From Acidimicrobiales bacterium (GTDB taxonomy: Bacteria; Actinomycetota; Acidimicrobiia; Acidimicrobiales; Bin134): a stretch of DNA of 64,000 nt. The translations under genes and the position numbers were made by a program. Shown one piece after another: positions 32,773 through 41,818 of the stretch. Numbering within the stretch: the stretch's first letter is position 1; each line of letters opens with the position of its first letter. The notes beneath the pieces were generated by a model that worked only from the letters and a program-made list of their open reading frames with translations, was not told where the DNA came from and did not search any database. The stretch is from contig OY760141.1 in NCBI GenBank assembly GCA_963663255.1, forward strand, positions 2,765,103 to 2,829,102, given 5' to 3'.

Positions 32773-33493
32773 TCCGGTCGCTTCGGTGGGGTTGGCGGCC
32801 GGTGCGGAACGGGCTGAGCGGGGCGTCTACCAGCAGGAACCGGTGCCAGCCCACCACTAGGTGGTCGACAGCGGACCGCCACCGGACAATCCCCTGGTCG
32901 GTGCGCTTGTTCTTTTCGAAGTCGGCCCACGCCTCCCAGGTGGGAATGGCCCACAGCAAAAAGGCCTCGTCGTCGGCCACCATGGCGGTTTCCCACGCTC
33001 CGGCCAGCTGCCAGCCATGAGGCTCGTAAGCCGGGCGGGCGTCGGTGCTTACCCGCTCCAAGAACTCGGCTGACGCGCCCCGCCTGAGGCTCACCTGCTC
33101 GTGGGCGTAGCACTCGCCGGTCACGCCGTCGGCGCACAACTCTTGGATGGTACGGGTCCACGGCGCGGGCACCAGCAGCCGGTCGGTGCCCGAGCGGCGG
33201 TAGTTGGCCGCCTGGGCCCACCACTTGGCCAACTTGGGGTCCTGCATGCCGGCGCCCTGGCACTCATGGCGGAACGAGGTGGCCATGCCGTCCCAGCCGT
33301 CTTCCTCCCACAGGTTCAGCACCTGCGGCCATCCCCGGGTGGTGCCGACGATGCCCCACACCCCGTAGCAGAGCTGGTCGCGCTCGTCTTGGGCGATGGG
33401 CGACCAATTGGCCGTCATGTGGTGCATGTATTTGGCCCGGTTCTGGCCGATGATGTCGATGTACTCGTGGATGTAGAGCTTGTCGTTGGCCAC
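32753..33493 (-). CDS. Conserved hypothetical protein, possibly NIPSNAP-like dimeric alpha/beta-barrel
   Basis: 246 aa, clean ORF with coding-like composition. The fold assignment is a guess from the two-repeat layout; there is no catalytic motif I can name. Confidence 0.35.
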   Translation of the reverse strand: MANDKLYIHEYIDIIGQNRAKYMHHMTANWSPIAQDERDQLCYGVWGIVGTTRGWPQVLNLWEEDGWDGMATSFRHECQGAGMQDPKLAKWWAQAANYRRSGTDRLLVPAPWTRTIQELCADGVTGECYAHEQVSLRRGASAEFLERVSTDARPAYEPHGWQLAGAWETAMVADDEAFLLWAIPTWEAWADFEKNKRTDQGIVRWRSAVDHLVVGWHRFLLVDAPLSPFRTGRQPHRSDRIDYEDL

Positions 33494-33495
33494 GG

Positions 33496-34311
33496 TCAGC
33501 CTTTCGCCCCGTCGCCGAAGTTCGGAGTGCGCTTGTTCAAGAATGCGTCTACGGCCTCGCGGTGGTCGTCGGTGTCGAAGGTGATGGCCTCGAGGGCAAA
33601 TGCCAGGTCGTAGAGGCGGTTCACCCGGTCATCCAGCTCTTTGTTGCACAGCCGCTTGTTGAACTCGATGGCGTGGCGGGGACCAGAGGCCAACCGCTGG
33701 GCCATGGCGACCGCCGACGCCAGCACCTCATCGGCAGGCACCACGTGGTTGACCAGGCCGAAGCGCTCCGCCTGGGCGGCGTCGAGCAGGTCGCCGGTCA
33801 TGAGCAGCTCTTTCGCCCGATTGAGCCCCACCAGAAGCGGCCACAGCACCGCTCCCCCGTCGCCGGCCACCAACCCCGCGTTCACATGAGGGTCGCCGAT
33901 CCGAGCGGCGTCGCTCAGGTAGACGATGTCGCAGAACAGCGCCAGCGACGCTCCCAGACCGATTGCGTGCCCGTTGACCGCGGCCACCATCGGCTGGCGC
34001 ACCCGCAGCGCCCCCCGGGCGATGTCGATACCGTCGTCGAGCAAGTCGGGGCGGCCCTCGGGATAGCCGGTTTCCAGGTTCTCCTCCATGACCGCGAAGT
34101 CGGCGCCCACGCAGAACGAGCGGCCTGCGCCGGTGAGCACCACCGCCCGCACATCGACATCCTCAGCGATGCGGCGGTAGAGATCCCTAAGGTCAAGGTG
34201 CATCTGCTTGTTGAGCCCGTTGCCCCGATCAGGCCGATTCAGCGTGGCGGTGAGCACCGCAGACGAGTCGATCTCGGTGGTGATGGTTTCCAATCCGTAC
34301 CGGTCAGCCAT
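33496..34311 (-). CDS. Enoyl-CoA hydratase/isomerase (crotonase) family
   Basis: Start chosen at ATG 34311 (MADRYGLETITTEIDSSAVLTATLNRPDRGNGLN); VVLTGAGRSFCVGADF. Confidence 0.85.
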   Translation of the reverse strand: MADRYGLETITTEIDSSAVLTATLNRPDRGNGLNKQMHLDLRDLYRRIAEDVDVRAVVLTGAGRSFCVGADFAVMEENLETGYPEGRPDLLDDGIDIARGALRVRQPMVAAVNGHAIGLGASLALFCDIVYLSDAARIGDPHVNAGLVAGDGGAVLWPLLVGLNRAKELLMTGDLLDAAQAERFGLVNHVVPADEVLASAVAMAQRLASGPRHAIEFNKRLCNKELDDRVNRLYDLAFALEAITFDTDDHREAVDAFLNKRTPNFGDGAKG

Positions 34312-34357
34312 GGCGTTAGCTTCGCACTTGGCTGGCCGGATGGGGAAAGCTAGGCAA

Positions 34358-35347
34358 ATGCGAGCTTGGGTGGTTGAAGGGTCGGGGGCACCGGGAGAGG
34401 TGCTGCGCTTGACGGACAGGGACGCACCCGATCCTCGGGAGGGAACGTTCCAAATGAAGGTGGGCGCGGTGGGCGTGGGCCTGCCTGACGTGTTCATGTG
34501 CCGAGGGGTGTACCCGCTGGGACCGTCGGAAGGATCGTTCACCCCCGGCCAGGAGGTGTGCGGGACGGTGGTGGAAGCCAGTGAGGGCGTCGCTCTCGAC
34601 GCTGGCCAGCGGGTGATGGCGGTGACCTCGTTTCAGACCGGCCACGGCGGATTCGCCGAGCTGTGCCTCGGGCTGGGGGGCTCGGCGTTCACCGTGCCCG
34701 ACTCCATGGACGACGCCGCCGCGGCGGGATTCTTGATCCCGTACCACACTGCATGGATCGGCCTGGTGCGCCGAGGAGGGCTGAAGGCGGCAGAGACGCT
34801 GCTAGTGCTGGGCGCGGCTGGGGGCACCGGGGCAGCAGCCTGTTCGCTGGGCGCGGCATTGGGGGCCCGGGTTATCGGGGTGGCCGGCGGACCGGAGCGC
34901 TGCGAGGTGGCGGCCTCTTTCGGCGCCCACCAAACCGTGGACCACCGCGATGGCGACATCGCCGCCGCGGTCATGGATCTGACCGACGGCCGGGGGGTGG
35001 ATGTGGTGTACGACCCCGTGGGGGGCGACGCCTATACCGCCGCATCCCGGTGCGTGGCCCGCGACGCCCGCATCGTGCTCATCGGGTTCGCCAGTGGCGA
35101 GTGGGCTCCCGTGAACGTCCGCCACGTGGTACAGCGCAACTACTCGGTGGTGGGGGCCATTCCAGCCCGCTACAGCCGAGAAGAGCGGCTGGCCGATCAC
35201 CGCGAGCTCAGCGCGCTGTGGGATGCGGGCAGCATCGCTTCGGTAGTCACGGCCTCTTATCCTTTCGAAGAGCTTCCCGAGGCCATGAGGGCCTTGGAAT
35301 CACGCGAGGTGATCGGCCGGGTGGTTCTGGACCTCTCGTCGGGCTGA
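34358..35347 (+). CDS. NADPH:quinone oxidoreductase / MDR zinc-type alcohol dehydrogenase family
   Basis: Start chosen at ATG 34358 (MRAWVVEG...); LVLGAAGGTGAAA nucleotide-binding motif. Confidence 0.8.
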   Translation: MRAWVVEGSGAPGEVLRLTDRDAPDPREGTFQMKVGAVGVGLPDVFMCRGVYPLGPSEGSFTPGQEVCGTVVEASEGVALDAGQRVMAVTSFQTGHGGFAELCLGLGGSAFTVPDSMDDAAAAGFLIPYHTAWIGLVRRGGLKAAETLLVLGAAGGTGAAACSLGAALGARVIGVAGGPERCEVAASFGAHQTVDHRDGDIAAAVMDLTDGRGVDVVYDPVGGDAYTAASRCVARDARIVLIGFASGEWAPVNVRHVVQRNYSVVGAIPARYSREERLADHRELSALWDAGSIASVVTASYPFEELPEAMRALESREVIGRVVLDLSSG

Positions 35348-35404
35348 GCCTCCCCAGAAACCGGAGAGTATTCTGCGGGCCGCAGCCATATAGGGAGGAA
35401 CACC

Positions 35405-36598
35405 GTGGAGTTCGCCATTTTCTTGCAGGGATCGCCCCGTCGGGGCGGGGCCCGCAGCCCCTACTGGGAGCATCAGTCCTTCGAGAACGAATTGGAGATC
35501 GTACGGGTCGCCGACCAGCACAACTGGAAGTACATCTGGGTTAGCGAGCACCACTTCCTAGAGGACTACTCCCACACCTCGGCCAGCGAGGTGTTCATGG
35601 CCTACTCCTTCGCCCAGACCTCCCAAATCCACATGGGGTCGGGCATCTTCAACCTGAACCCCATCGTGAACCACCCAATCAAGCTGGCCGAGCGGGTGGC
35701 CATGCTCGACCACATGAGCAAGGGCCGGTTCGAGTTCGGCACCGGCCGAGGGGCGGGCAGCCATGAGATCGGCGGCTTCGGCCTTGACCCGTCGGATACC
35801 AAGGCCAACTGGGACGAGGCGATCTGGGAGTTCAAGAAGATCTGGGGCAGCACCGCCTACTCCCATCCCGACGGCACCGCCTTCCAGACCCCCGAGACCG
35901 GCACCTGGGGCACCTTCAACGTGCTCCCCAAGCCTTACTGTCACTCGCATCCGCCCATGTGGGTGGCCGCGGGCAACACGCCCACCTATGAGAAGGCCGC
36001 CCGTCACGGCCTCGGGGTCCTGGGGTTCAACGTGTCGGCCATCTACGACATGGCCCCCCACGTTGAGGCCTACAAGAACGCCATCCCCTCTGCCGAACCC
36101 GCCGGCGAATACGTGAACGACAACGTGATGATCGCCAACGGCCTGGTTTGCTTGGAAGACGGCCAGGAGGCCCGCCGGGTGGTGGTCGAGCAGATGCAGC
36201 TCAGCTACCTCCAGTCGCTGGTGTTCAAATACCACGACACCTTCCCCAAGCCCGAGGGATTGCCCGTGTACCCCGAGCTGGTCCCCGAGCCCACCATCGA
36301 AGATGTGGAGGAGCGCATTGAGGCCGGATTCCTGCTGTGCGGCGATCCCGACGAGGTTTTGGAACAGGTGAAGCGCTACGACGAAATCGGCTGCGACCAG
36401 GTGTCGTTCGGCCTCCCCATCCAGCTCGACCATGAGGTATGCCTTGAGACCATCCGGCTGTTCGGCACCCATGTGATCCCCAAGCTGGACAAAGACCCGC
36501 TACACCGCAGCACCCGCCAGCGGATCGAGTACGGCGGCCCGCTGGAGATGACCCCCGACCCGCTGTATGAGGTTCCCCGGGCCGAGGAATACAAATAG
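35405..36598 (+). CDS. LLM-class (luciferase-like) flavin/F420-dependent oxidoreductase
   Basis: 397 aa, GTG start behind RBS GGGAGGA; WVSEHHF, GRFEFGTGRG. Confidence 0.8.
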   Translation: MEFAIFLQGSPRRGGARSPYWEHQSFENELEIVRVADQHNWKYIWVSEHHFLEDYSHTSASEVFMAYSFAQTSQIHMGSGIFNLNPIVNHPIKLAERVAMLDHMSKGRFEFGTGRGAGSHEIGGFGLDPSDTKANWDEAIWEFKKIWGSTAYSHPDGTAFQTPETGTWGTFNVLPKPYCHSHPPMWVAAGNTPTYEKAARHGLGVLGFNVSAIYDMAPHVEAYKNAIPSAEPAGEYVNDNVMIANGLVCLEDGQEARRVVVEQMQLSYLQSLVFKYHDTFPKPEGLPVYPELVPEPTIEDVEERIEAGFLLCGDPDEVLEQVKRYDEIGCDQVSFGLPIQLDHEVCLETIRLFGTHVIPKLDKDPLHRSTRQRIEYGGPLEMTPDPLYEVPRAEEYK

Positions 36599-36605
36599 TC
36601 GAACT

Positions 36606-37709
36606 ATGAGCGATTCCGGCCCGGACATCCTGGGATTGAGGACCGACCGATCTGAGCTGAGAGAACCGATGGCCGGGTGGCTGGCCGACCGGCTGGGTGC
36701 TTCCAGCGTGGACGTCGGCCCCTTCGAGGTTCCCTCGGGCGGCTATTCGGCGGAGACCCTGCTGTTCGACGCGGCCATTGTTCGGGGTTCCAGCTCGACT
36801 GTCGAGCGGTTTGTTGTCCGCCGAGAACTGCCCGAACCGCCGGTGTACCCCCAGCAAGCGCCGGGTGAGCTGGACGTCGAGGTGGACATCCAATTCCGGG
36901 TGATGTCGGCGGTGGCCGACCACAGCGACGCCCCCATCGCCCCGCTGATCGGCTACGAAGCCGACGACACCGTGCTCGGCGGGCCGTTCTTCGTGATGGG
37001 GTTCGTGGACGGCGACGTCCCCCGAGAAGATCCCATCTACACCAGCGCGGGCTTCTTCGTCGACGCCCGGCCCGAACAGCGCCGCCAGCTGGTGGACCGG
37101 GGTCTGCGGACCATGGCCCAAATCCACTCCATCGACTGGCGGGCCGCCGGACTCGACTGGTTGGTGGCCACCGGCGACCGGCCGGGCACCGATACACAGG
37201 TGAGGATTTGGCGGGACTACTCCGACCGCGAACTCGACGGTCGAGACCACCCGGTGCTCGAGGCCGGATTCGCCTATCTGTACGACAACATGCCCTCCGA
37301 CGACGGGCTGTGCCTGAACTGGGGCGACGGACGGCCCGGCAACATCATCTGGCAAGACTTCGAGCCGGCCTGCGTCACCGACTTCGAGGCGGCCTGTATC
37401 GCATCGCCGCTGGTGGACCTGGGGTGGTGGCTCATGTTCGACCGGTGGTCGCACGAGCACATGGGCAACCTGCCCCGCCTAGAGGGCGAGCCCACCCGGG
37501 CCGAGCAGCGCGATCTGTACGCCGCCCACGCGGGTCGAGATGCGGGAGACACCACTTGGTACGAAGTATTCGCCGCGGCGCGCTACACCGCCATCGTGGT
37601 CCGGGTGATGAACCGCACCGTGCTGCGGGGCGAGATGCCCGCCGACAACCCCTTCTGGCTGGAGAACCCCTCCAGCGACTGTCTCCGGGCCCTGCTAGAC
37701 GAACTCTGA
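36606..37709 (+). CDS. Phosphotransferase (APH/ChoK-like kinase) family protein
   Basis: Start chosen at ATG 36606; LNWGDGRPGNIIW and VTDFEAA resemble the APH catalytic/Mg loops. Confidence 0.7.
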   Translation: MSDSGPDILGLRTDRSELREPMAGWLADRLGASSVDVGPFEVPSGGYSAETLLFDAAIVRGSSSTVERFVVRRELPEPPVYPQQAPGELDVEVDIQFRVMSAVADHSDAPIAPLIGYEADDTVLGGPFFVMGFVDGDVPREDPIYTSAGFFVDARPEQRRQLVDRGLRTMAQIHSIDWRAAGLDWLVATGDRPGTDTQVRIWRDYSDRELDGRDHPVLEAGFAYLYDNMPSDDGLCLNWGDGRPGNIIWQDFEPACVTDFEAACIASPLVDLGWWLMFDRWSHEHMGNLPRLEGEPTRAEQRDLYAAHAGRDAGDTTWYEVFAAARYTAIVVRVMNRTVLRGEMPADNPFWLENPSSDCLRALLDEL

Positions 37710-37730
37710 TCGCGGCTAGCGACCTGTGGG

Positions 37731-38111
37731 CTAGCTGCCGACCACCCGGTCGGTCTGCTCGCGGTATTCGTAGATGAGGCGGACCAGCCAATAGCGCATG
37801 AAGCGCTTAAAAGAGCTGATCGTGATCATCACCAAACCGATGAGGGTGAGGCTGAGGCCGAATATGGCGGAAACCACCAGGTCGACGTGGTTGCCTATGT
37901 GTTGGGATCCACTCTCGGCGTCGTAGGGCTTGCCAGTCAGGAAGTAGGAAACCACGGTAAAGGCCAAGCCGACAATGGTGAGGATCAACCCGATGCGGAA
38001 CACCCAGCGGTCGGGATTGGCCCGGCCGCCGGAAGCCCGGAGCTTGCCCACCTCTTGGTGGAACTCCTCCAGCCGGCCGCTGTCGCCCGCGGCGTCGGTT
38101 GCGTCACTCAT
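37731..38111 (-). CDS. Small membrane protein (two predicted TM helices), function unknown
   Basis: 126 aa; hydrophobic stretches IGLILTIVGLAFTVVSYFL and VVSAIFGLSLTLIGLVMITI. Confidence 0.5.
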   Translation of the reverse strand: MSDATDAAGDSGRLEEFHQEVGKLRASGGRANPDRWVFRIGLILTIVGLAFTVVSYFLTGKPYDAESGSQHIGNHVDLVVSAIFGLSLTLIGLVMITISSFKRFMRYWLVRLIYEYREQTDRVVGS

Positions 38112-38121
38112 GGTTTTCTCC

Positions 38122-38838
38122 TCACGACATGCCCAGATAGGCGGCGGTCAATTCTTCAGCGATTTCTTCGGGCGGCCCAGTGCGGGTGACGCGGCCGTGG
38201 AGCATGATGGCGGCCTCATTGGCCACTCCCAATACCGCCTGGGCGAACTGCTCGACGATCAGGATGGAGAGCCCCGCCTCAGCCAGAGTGGCCACCTGCT
38301 CGTACAATTCCTCCACGATGATGGGCGCCAGCCCCATGGACAGCTCATCGAGCATCAAGATGGCCGGGTCGGTGGACAGCGCCCGGGACATGGCCAGCAT
38401 CTGCTGCTCGCCCCCCGACAATGTGCCCGCCATCTGCGTGCGGCGTTCCTGCAAGCGGGGGAACTGGGCGAAGGCCCGCTCCTGCACCTGCTTGTAGGAC
38501 ACGCCGGCATAGGTACACATGCGCAGGTTCTCGGCCACGGAGAGGTTGGGGAAGATGCCCCGGCCCTCGGGGATCAGGCACACCCCGGCCCGGGCCAGGC
38601 GGTCGGGAGAAACCCCGTTCACCTCGTGGCCGTCGAGCAGCACGGAACCCGCGTGGGGCTGGATCTGCCCGCTGGCGACTCCCAGGGTGGTGGTCTTGCC
38701 CGCGCCGTTGGGTCCCAAAAGGGCGTAAACCGTGCCGGGCATGACTCGGAGGTCCACTCCGTGCAGCACGTCGATGGTGCCGTAGCCGGCTCGGATGCCG
38801 ACCAGCTCCAGAAGCGGGGTTGCCGTCTCGGCACTCAT
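38122..38838 (-). CDS. livF: LIV-type ABC transporter ATP-binding protein (LivF-like)
   Basis: 238 aa; GYGTIDVLHGVDL, GPNGAGKTT, LSGGEQQ. Confidence 0.85.
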   Translation of the reverse strand: MSAETATPLLELVGIRAGYGTIDVLHGVDLRVMPGTVYALLGPNGAGKTTTLGVASGQIQPHAGSVLLDGHEVNGVSPDRLARAGVCLIPEGRGIFPNLSVAENLRMCTYAGVSYKQVQERAFAQFPRLQERRTQMAGTLSGGEQQMLAMSRALSTDPAILMLDELSMGLAPIIVEELYEQVATLAEAGLSILIVEQFAQAVLGVANEAAIMLHGRVTRTGPPEEIAEELTAAYLGMS

Positions 38839-39599
38839 TCGTCGACCCCCACGTATGCCCCCCGAAATTCGTCGCCTCCCAGGTAGGCAGCCCGCACAGC
38901 CTCGTTGGCCTGCACCTCAATAGAGGTGCCCACGGCGATGATCTTGCCGAAGTCCAGCACATGGATGCGGGCGCACACCCCCATAACGAAGCTCATATCG
39001 TGCTCCACCAGCAACACCGCCAGATCGTTGTCCTTGTCGGCCACCAACTCCAACAACAACTGGCCAATGGACGAGGTCTCGTCTTCGTTGAGGCCCGAAG
39101 ACGGTTCGTCCAGCAGCAGCACACGGGGTCGACAGGCCAAAGCCCGGGCCAGCTCAACCAGCCGGGCGCTGCCGGTGGGCAGCGTGCCCACGGTGACGTC
39201 GGCCACCTCGTCGAGGCCCACTTTGCCCAGCATCTCGTGGGCCACTTCGTTGACCCGCCGGTGCTTCCACTTGGCGCGATGGTTCTTCTCCACCGCCACC
39301 CGCACGTTGTCGAATGCGCTCAGCGTGTTGAATGCCTCCAGCTTCTGAAAGGTGCGGGCGATGCCCATCTGCGAGCGCCGCGCCACACCAGCCCGGGTGA
39401 TGTCGACTCCGTCGAATTTCACCCTGCCGCTGGTGGGGGGCAGCAAACCGGTGATCACGTTGAACAAGGTGGTCTTGCCCGCGCCGTTGGGACCGATGAG
39501 GCCGGTGACCAGACCAGGGTCGACGTCCACCGAGGCGTCGTCGAGGGCCACCACGCCGCCGAAGCGCATGACCACTTGCTCAGCTTCGAGAAGCGCCAT
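38835..39599 (-). CDS. livG: LIV-type ABC transporter ATP-binding protein (LivG-like)
   Basis: Start chosen at ATG 39599 (RBS GAAGGAGGG); RFGGVVALDDASV, GPNGAGKTTLFNVITG. Confidence 0.85.
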   Translation of the reverse strand: MALLEAEQVVMRFGGVVALDDASVDVDPGLVTGLIGPNGAGKTTLFNVITGLLPPTSGRVKFDGVDITRAGVARRSQMGIARTFQKLEAFNTLSAFDNVRVAVEKNHRAKWKHRRVNEVAHEMLGKVGLDEVADVTVGTLPTGSARLVELARALACRPRVLLLDEPSSGLNEDETSSIGQLLLELVADKDNDLAVLLVEHDMSFVMGVCARIHVLDFGKIIAVGTSIEVQANEAVRAAYLGGDEFRGAYVGVDE

Positions 39600-41778
39600 A
39601 ACCCTCCTTCGGTACAACATCGTCCAAGATCTCCAGCCGCCGGTCGATGGCGATCACCTCTTCGGGAGTGAACGGCCGCTCAAGCCCCAGTTCGCCGATC
39701 TCCGGTTCGCGTTTCTGGGCGTTCTCCGCGGCGATCTCTGCTCGGGCATCCCCGCGCCACGGGAGAATGGGCGAGAACCCCCGGCCCATCTCAAAAATCG
39801 CCCCTCGGGGATTGAACACCATGCCGAGCACCAGCATCCCCGGCCCGTATGTGGTCAAGATGTCGAGCAGCGTGACCAGAAAATCGACGTTGCCGGCGTC
39901 CTCCAATCGAAGGCCAAACCCCTTGAACAGCGGGATGAAAATCAGGAATATGCCCGCCATGGGTATTGACACGCCGGCTGCGGCTACCAGCAGCACGATG
40001 TTGAATCCGAGGAGCAGGTCGAATCCCTGCACGCTGTCGACGTTGCCCGACACGGTGGCCCAGAACACCCCCGCGATTCCCGCCATCGAGGCCGACACGG
40101 CGTACACCACGACCTTGGTCCACACCACCGGCACCCCCAGGGTGGCCGCAGCCGCTTGCGAGTCGTTGATGGCCATCCATCTTCGGCCGTAGCGGGATCT
40201 TCGCAACAGCACCAACGCATACACGAAGATGGCGAAGACGCTCACCATCAGCATGAAGAAGCCCCGGCGGTCGTCGAAGGTGATGCCGAACAGCTCGATA
40301 TGGGGGAACTGCCGACCGGTTCCGATGATGGGCATGACCCACGGATGGGGGAAGAAGATCAGCGACATGGCCTGGGCGAACGCCATGGTCATGAGCGCCA
40401 GGTACAGCCCCCGCAGCCGGGCGGCGGGTAGGGCCACAAGGGCACCCAGCGGCGCGCACAGCAATCCCACCACGATGATCCAGTAGCCATTGCCGGTGTC
40501 CCCGGCCAGTTTCAGGTAGACGAACGCGCCGAATCCGGCAAAGGCCAAGGGCGCGAAGTTGATCTGGCCGGCCCAGCCGATCAATGGAACCAACGACAAA
40601 CCGATCAGGGCCAATGCCATGGCCTCATTGGCCGAGTTCAGCTCCCGGCTCCCCCAGGAACCCGGGTCCCAGCCGCCGAAGTCCAGCCAGCCGCCGGAGA
40701 ACGCCGCCGCCAAGAGGATGACCACCCCGCAGCCCAAGAGCCCCTCCCACCAGTTGGTGTAGCGCTCGTGGCGGCGGAGGTTGTGAGCCAGCCGGCCCAC
40801 CTCCAAGCGGGCCTGGGGCAGGGCGATGACCACGAACAGCAACAGCAGCGGGGCAATCGAGAGGTGGGCGAAGCGGAAATCAGGTCCGAAGTCGAGCCAG
40901 GCCCCGGTGTGGGCTCGCAACAGCCCGATCAGCATCGCCCCGAGCACCGCCATGGGCAGGTTCCTCAACGCGCCGAACGCAGCTGCGGCGAAGGCGATGA
41001 TCACCACGTTGTTCAGGGTGGCCGGATCAAGCCCCAGCTCGGGGGCTATGAGGATGCCTCCCAGCGCCCCCATCATGGAGCCCAGCGCCCAAGACGTGGA
41101 CGACACCACATTGGGGCGAGCCCCGTTGAGAGCGGCCAGCTCCCGGTTGTCAACCACCGCCCGCATGGCCGTGCCGATACGGGTGCGGCGCAGCAAGAAG
41201 CGCATGGACACGGCAATGGCAATAGCCACCACGAACACGATGAGCCGGTGCCAAGGAAGCTGGGAGGGCCCCAGGTCGATGCCGTTGTTGATTCCGAACA
41301 GGTAGGGCACCCGGCGGGGTGTGTCGGCCTCCCAGATGTCACCCACCACCGACAGGAGCAGCACCATGATGGCCACGGTGACCATGAGCTGCACCACCAG
41401 CGACGCCGTGCGCAGGCGCCTCATGATTATGATGTCCAGCACCACGCCCAGCGCAGGGGCGAACAAGCCCACCACGACGAACAGGGCGAGGATGGAGTGC
41501 CAGCCCCGGTTCACATGGAGCTCCCAGTACAGGAAGGCGGCGAACACGCCGATGGCACCCTGGGCGAAGTTGAACACCCCGGTGGTGGTGTACACCACCA
41601 CCAGTCCGGTGGCGTACATGGCCCATAGGGCGCCCAAGAAGAGTCCGATGTAGGTGGTGACCAGGAAGGTCTCGCTGGTGACCGGCGCGCCCTTCCAGGT
41701 GAGGACGGAGATGATCACCGCCGCCACTGTCCCCAGTGAGGCGGCGATCACTACCGATCGACGCAAGCCCAAGATCAC
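39580..41778 (-). CDS. Fused LivH-LivM LIV-type ABC permease
   Basis: 732 aa. N-half VVVYTTTGVFNFAQGAIGVF (LivH-like); C-half LIGWAGQINFAPLAFAGFGAF (LivM-like), plus a cytoplasmic tail. Confidence 0.8.
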   Translation of the reverse strand: MILGLRRSVVIAASLGTVAAVIISVLTWKGAPVTSETFLVTTYIGLFLGALWAMYATGLVVVYTTTGVFNFAQGAIGVFAAFLYWELHVNRGWHSILALFVVVGLFAPALGVVLDIIIMRRLRTASLVVQLMVTVAIMVLLLSVVGDIWEADTPRRVPYLFGINNGIDLGPSQLPWHRLIVFVVAIAIAVSMRFLLRRTRIGTAMRAVVDNRELAALNGARPNVVSSTSWALGSMMGALGGILIAPELGLDPATLNNVVIIAFAAAAFGALRNLPMAVLGAMLIGLLRAHTGAWLDFGPDFRFAHLSIAPLLLLFVVIALPQARLEVGRLAHNLRRHERYTNWWEGLLGCGVVILLAAAFSGGWLDFGGWDPGSWGSRELNSANEAMALALIGLSLVPLIGWAGQINFAPLAFAGFGAFVYLKLAGDTGNGYWIIVVGLLCAPLGALVALPAARLRGLYLALMTMAFAQAMSLIFFPHPWVMPIIGTGRQFPHIELFGITFDDRRGFFMLMVSVFAIFVYALVLLRRSRYGRRWMAINDSQAAAATLGVPVVWTKVVVYAVSASMAGIAGVFWATVSGNVDSVQGFDLLLGFNIVLLVAAAGVSIPMAGIFLIFIPLFKGFGLRLEDAGNVDFLVTLLDILTTYGPGMLVLGMVFNPRGAIFEMGRGFSPILPWRGDARAEIAAENAQKREPEIGELGLERPFTPEEVIAIDRRLEILDDVVPKEGYGASRS

Positions 41779-41818
41779 GAGAGCTCAGCCCTTCCTGGCC
41801 TGCTTATACCTATTCCGG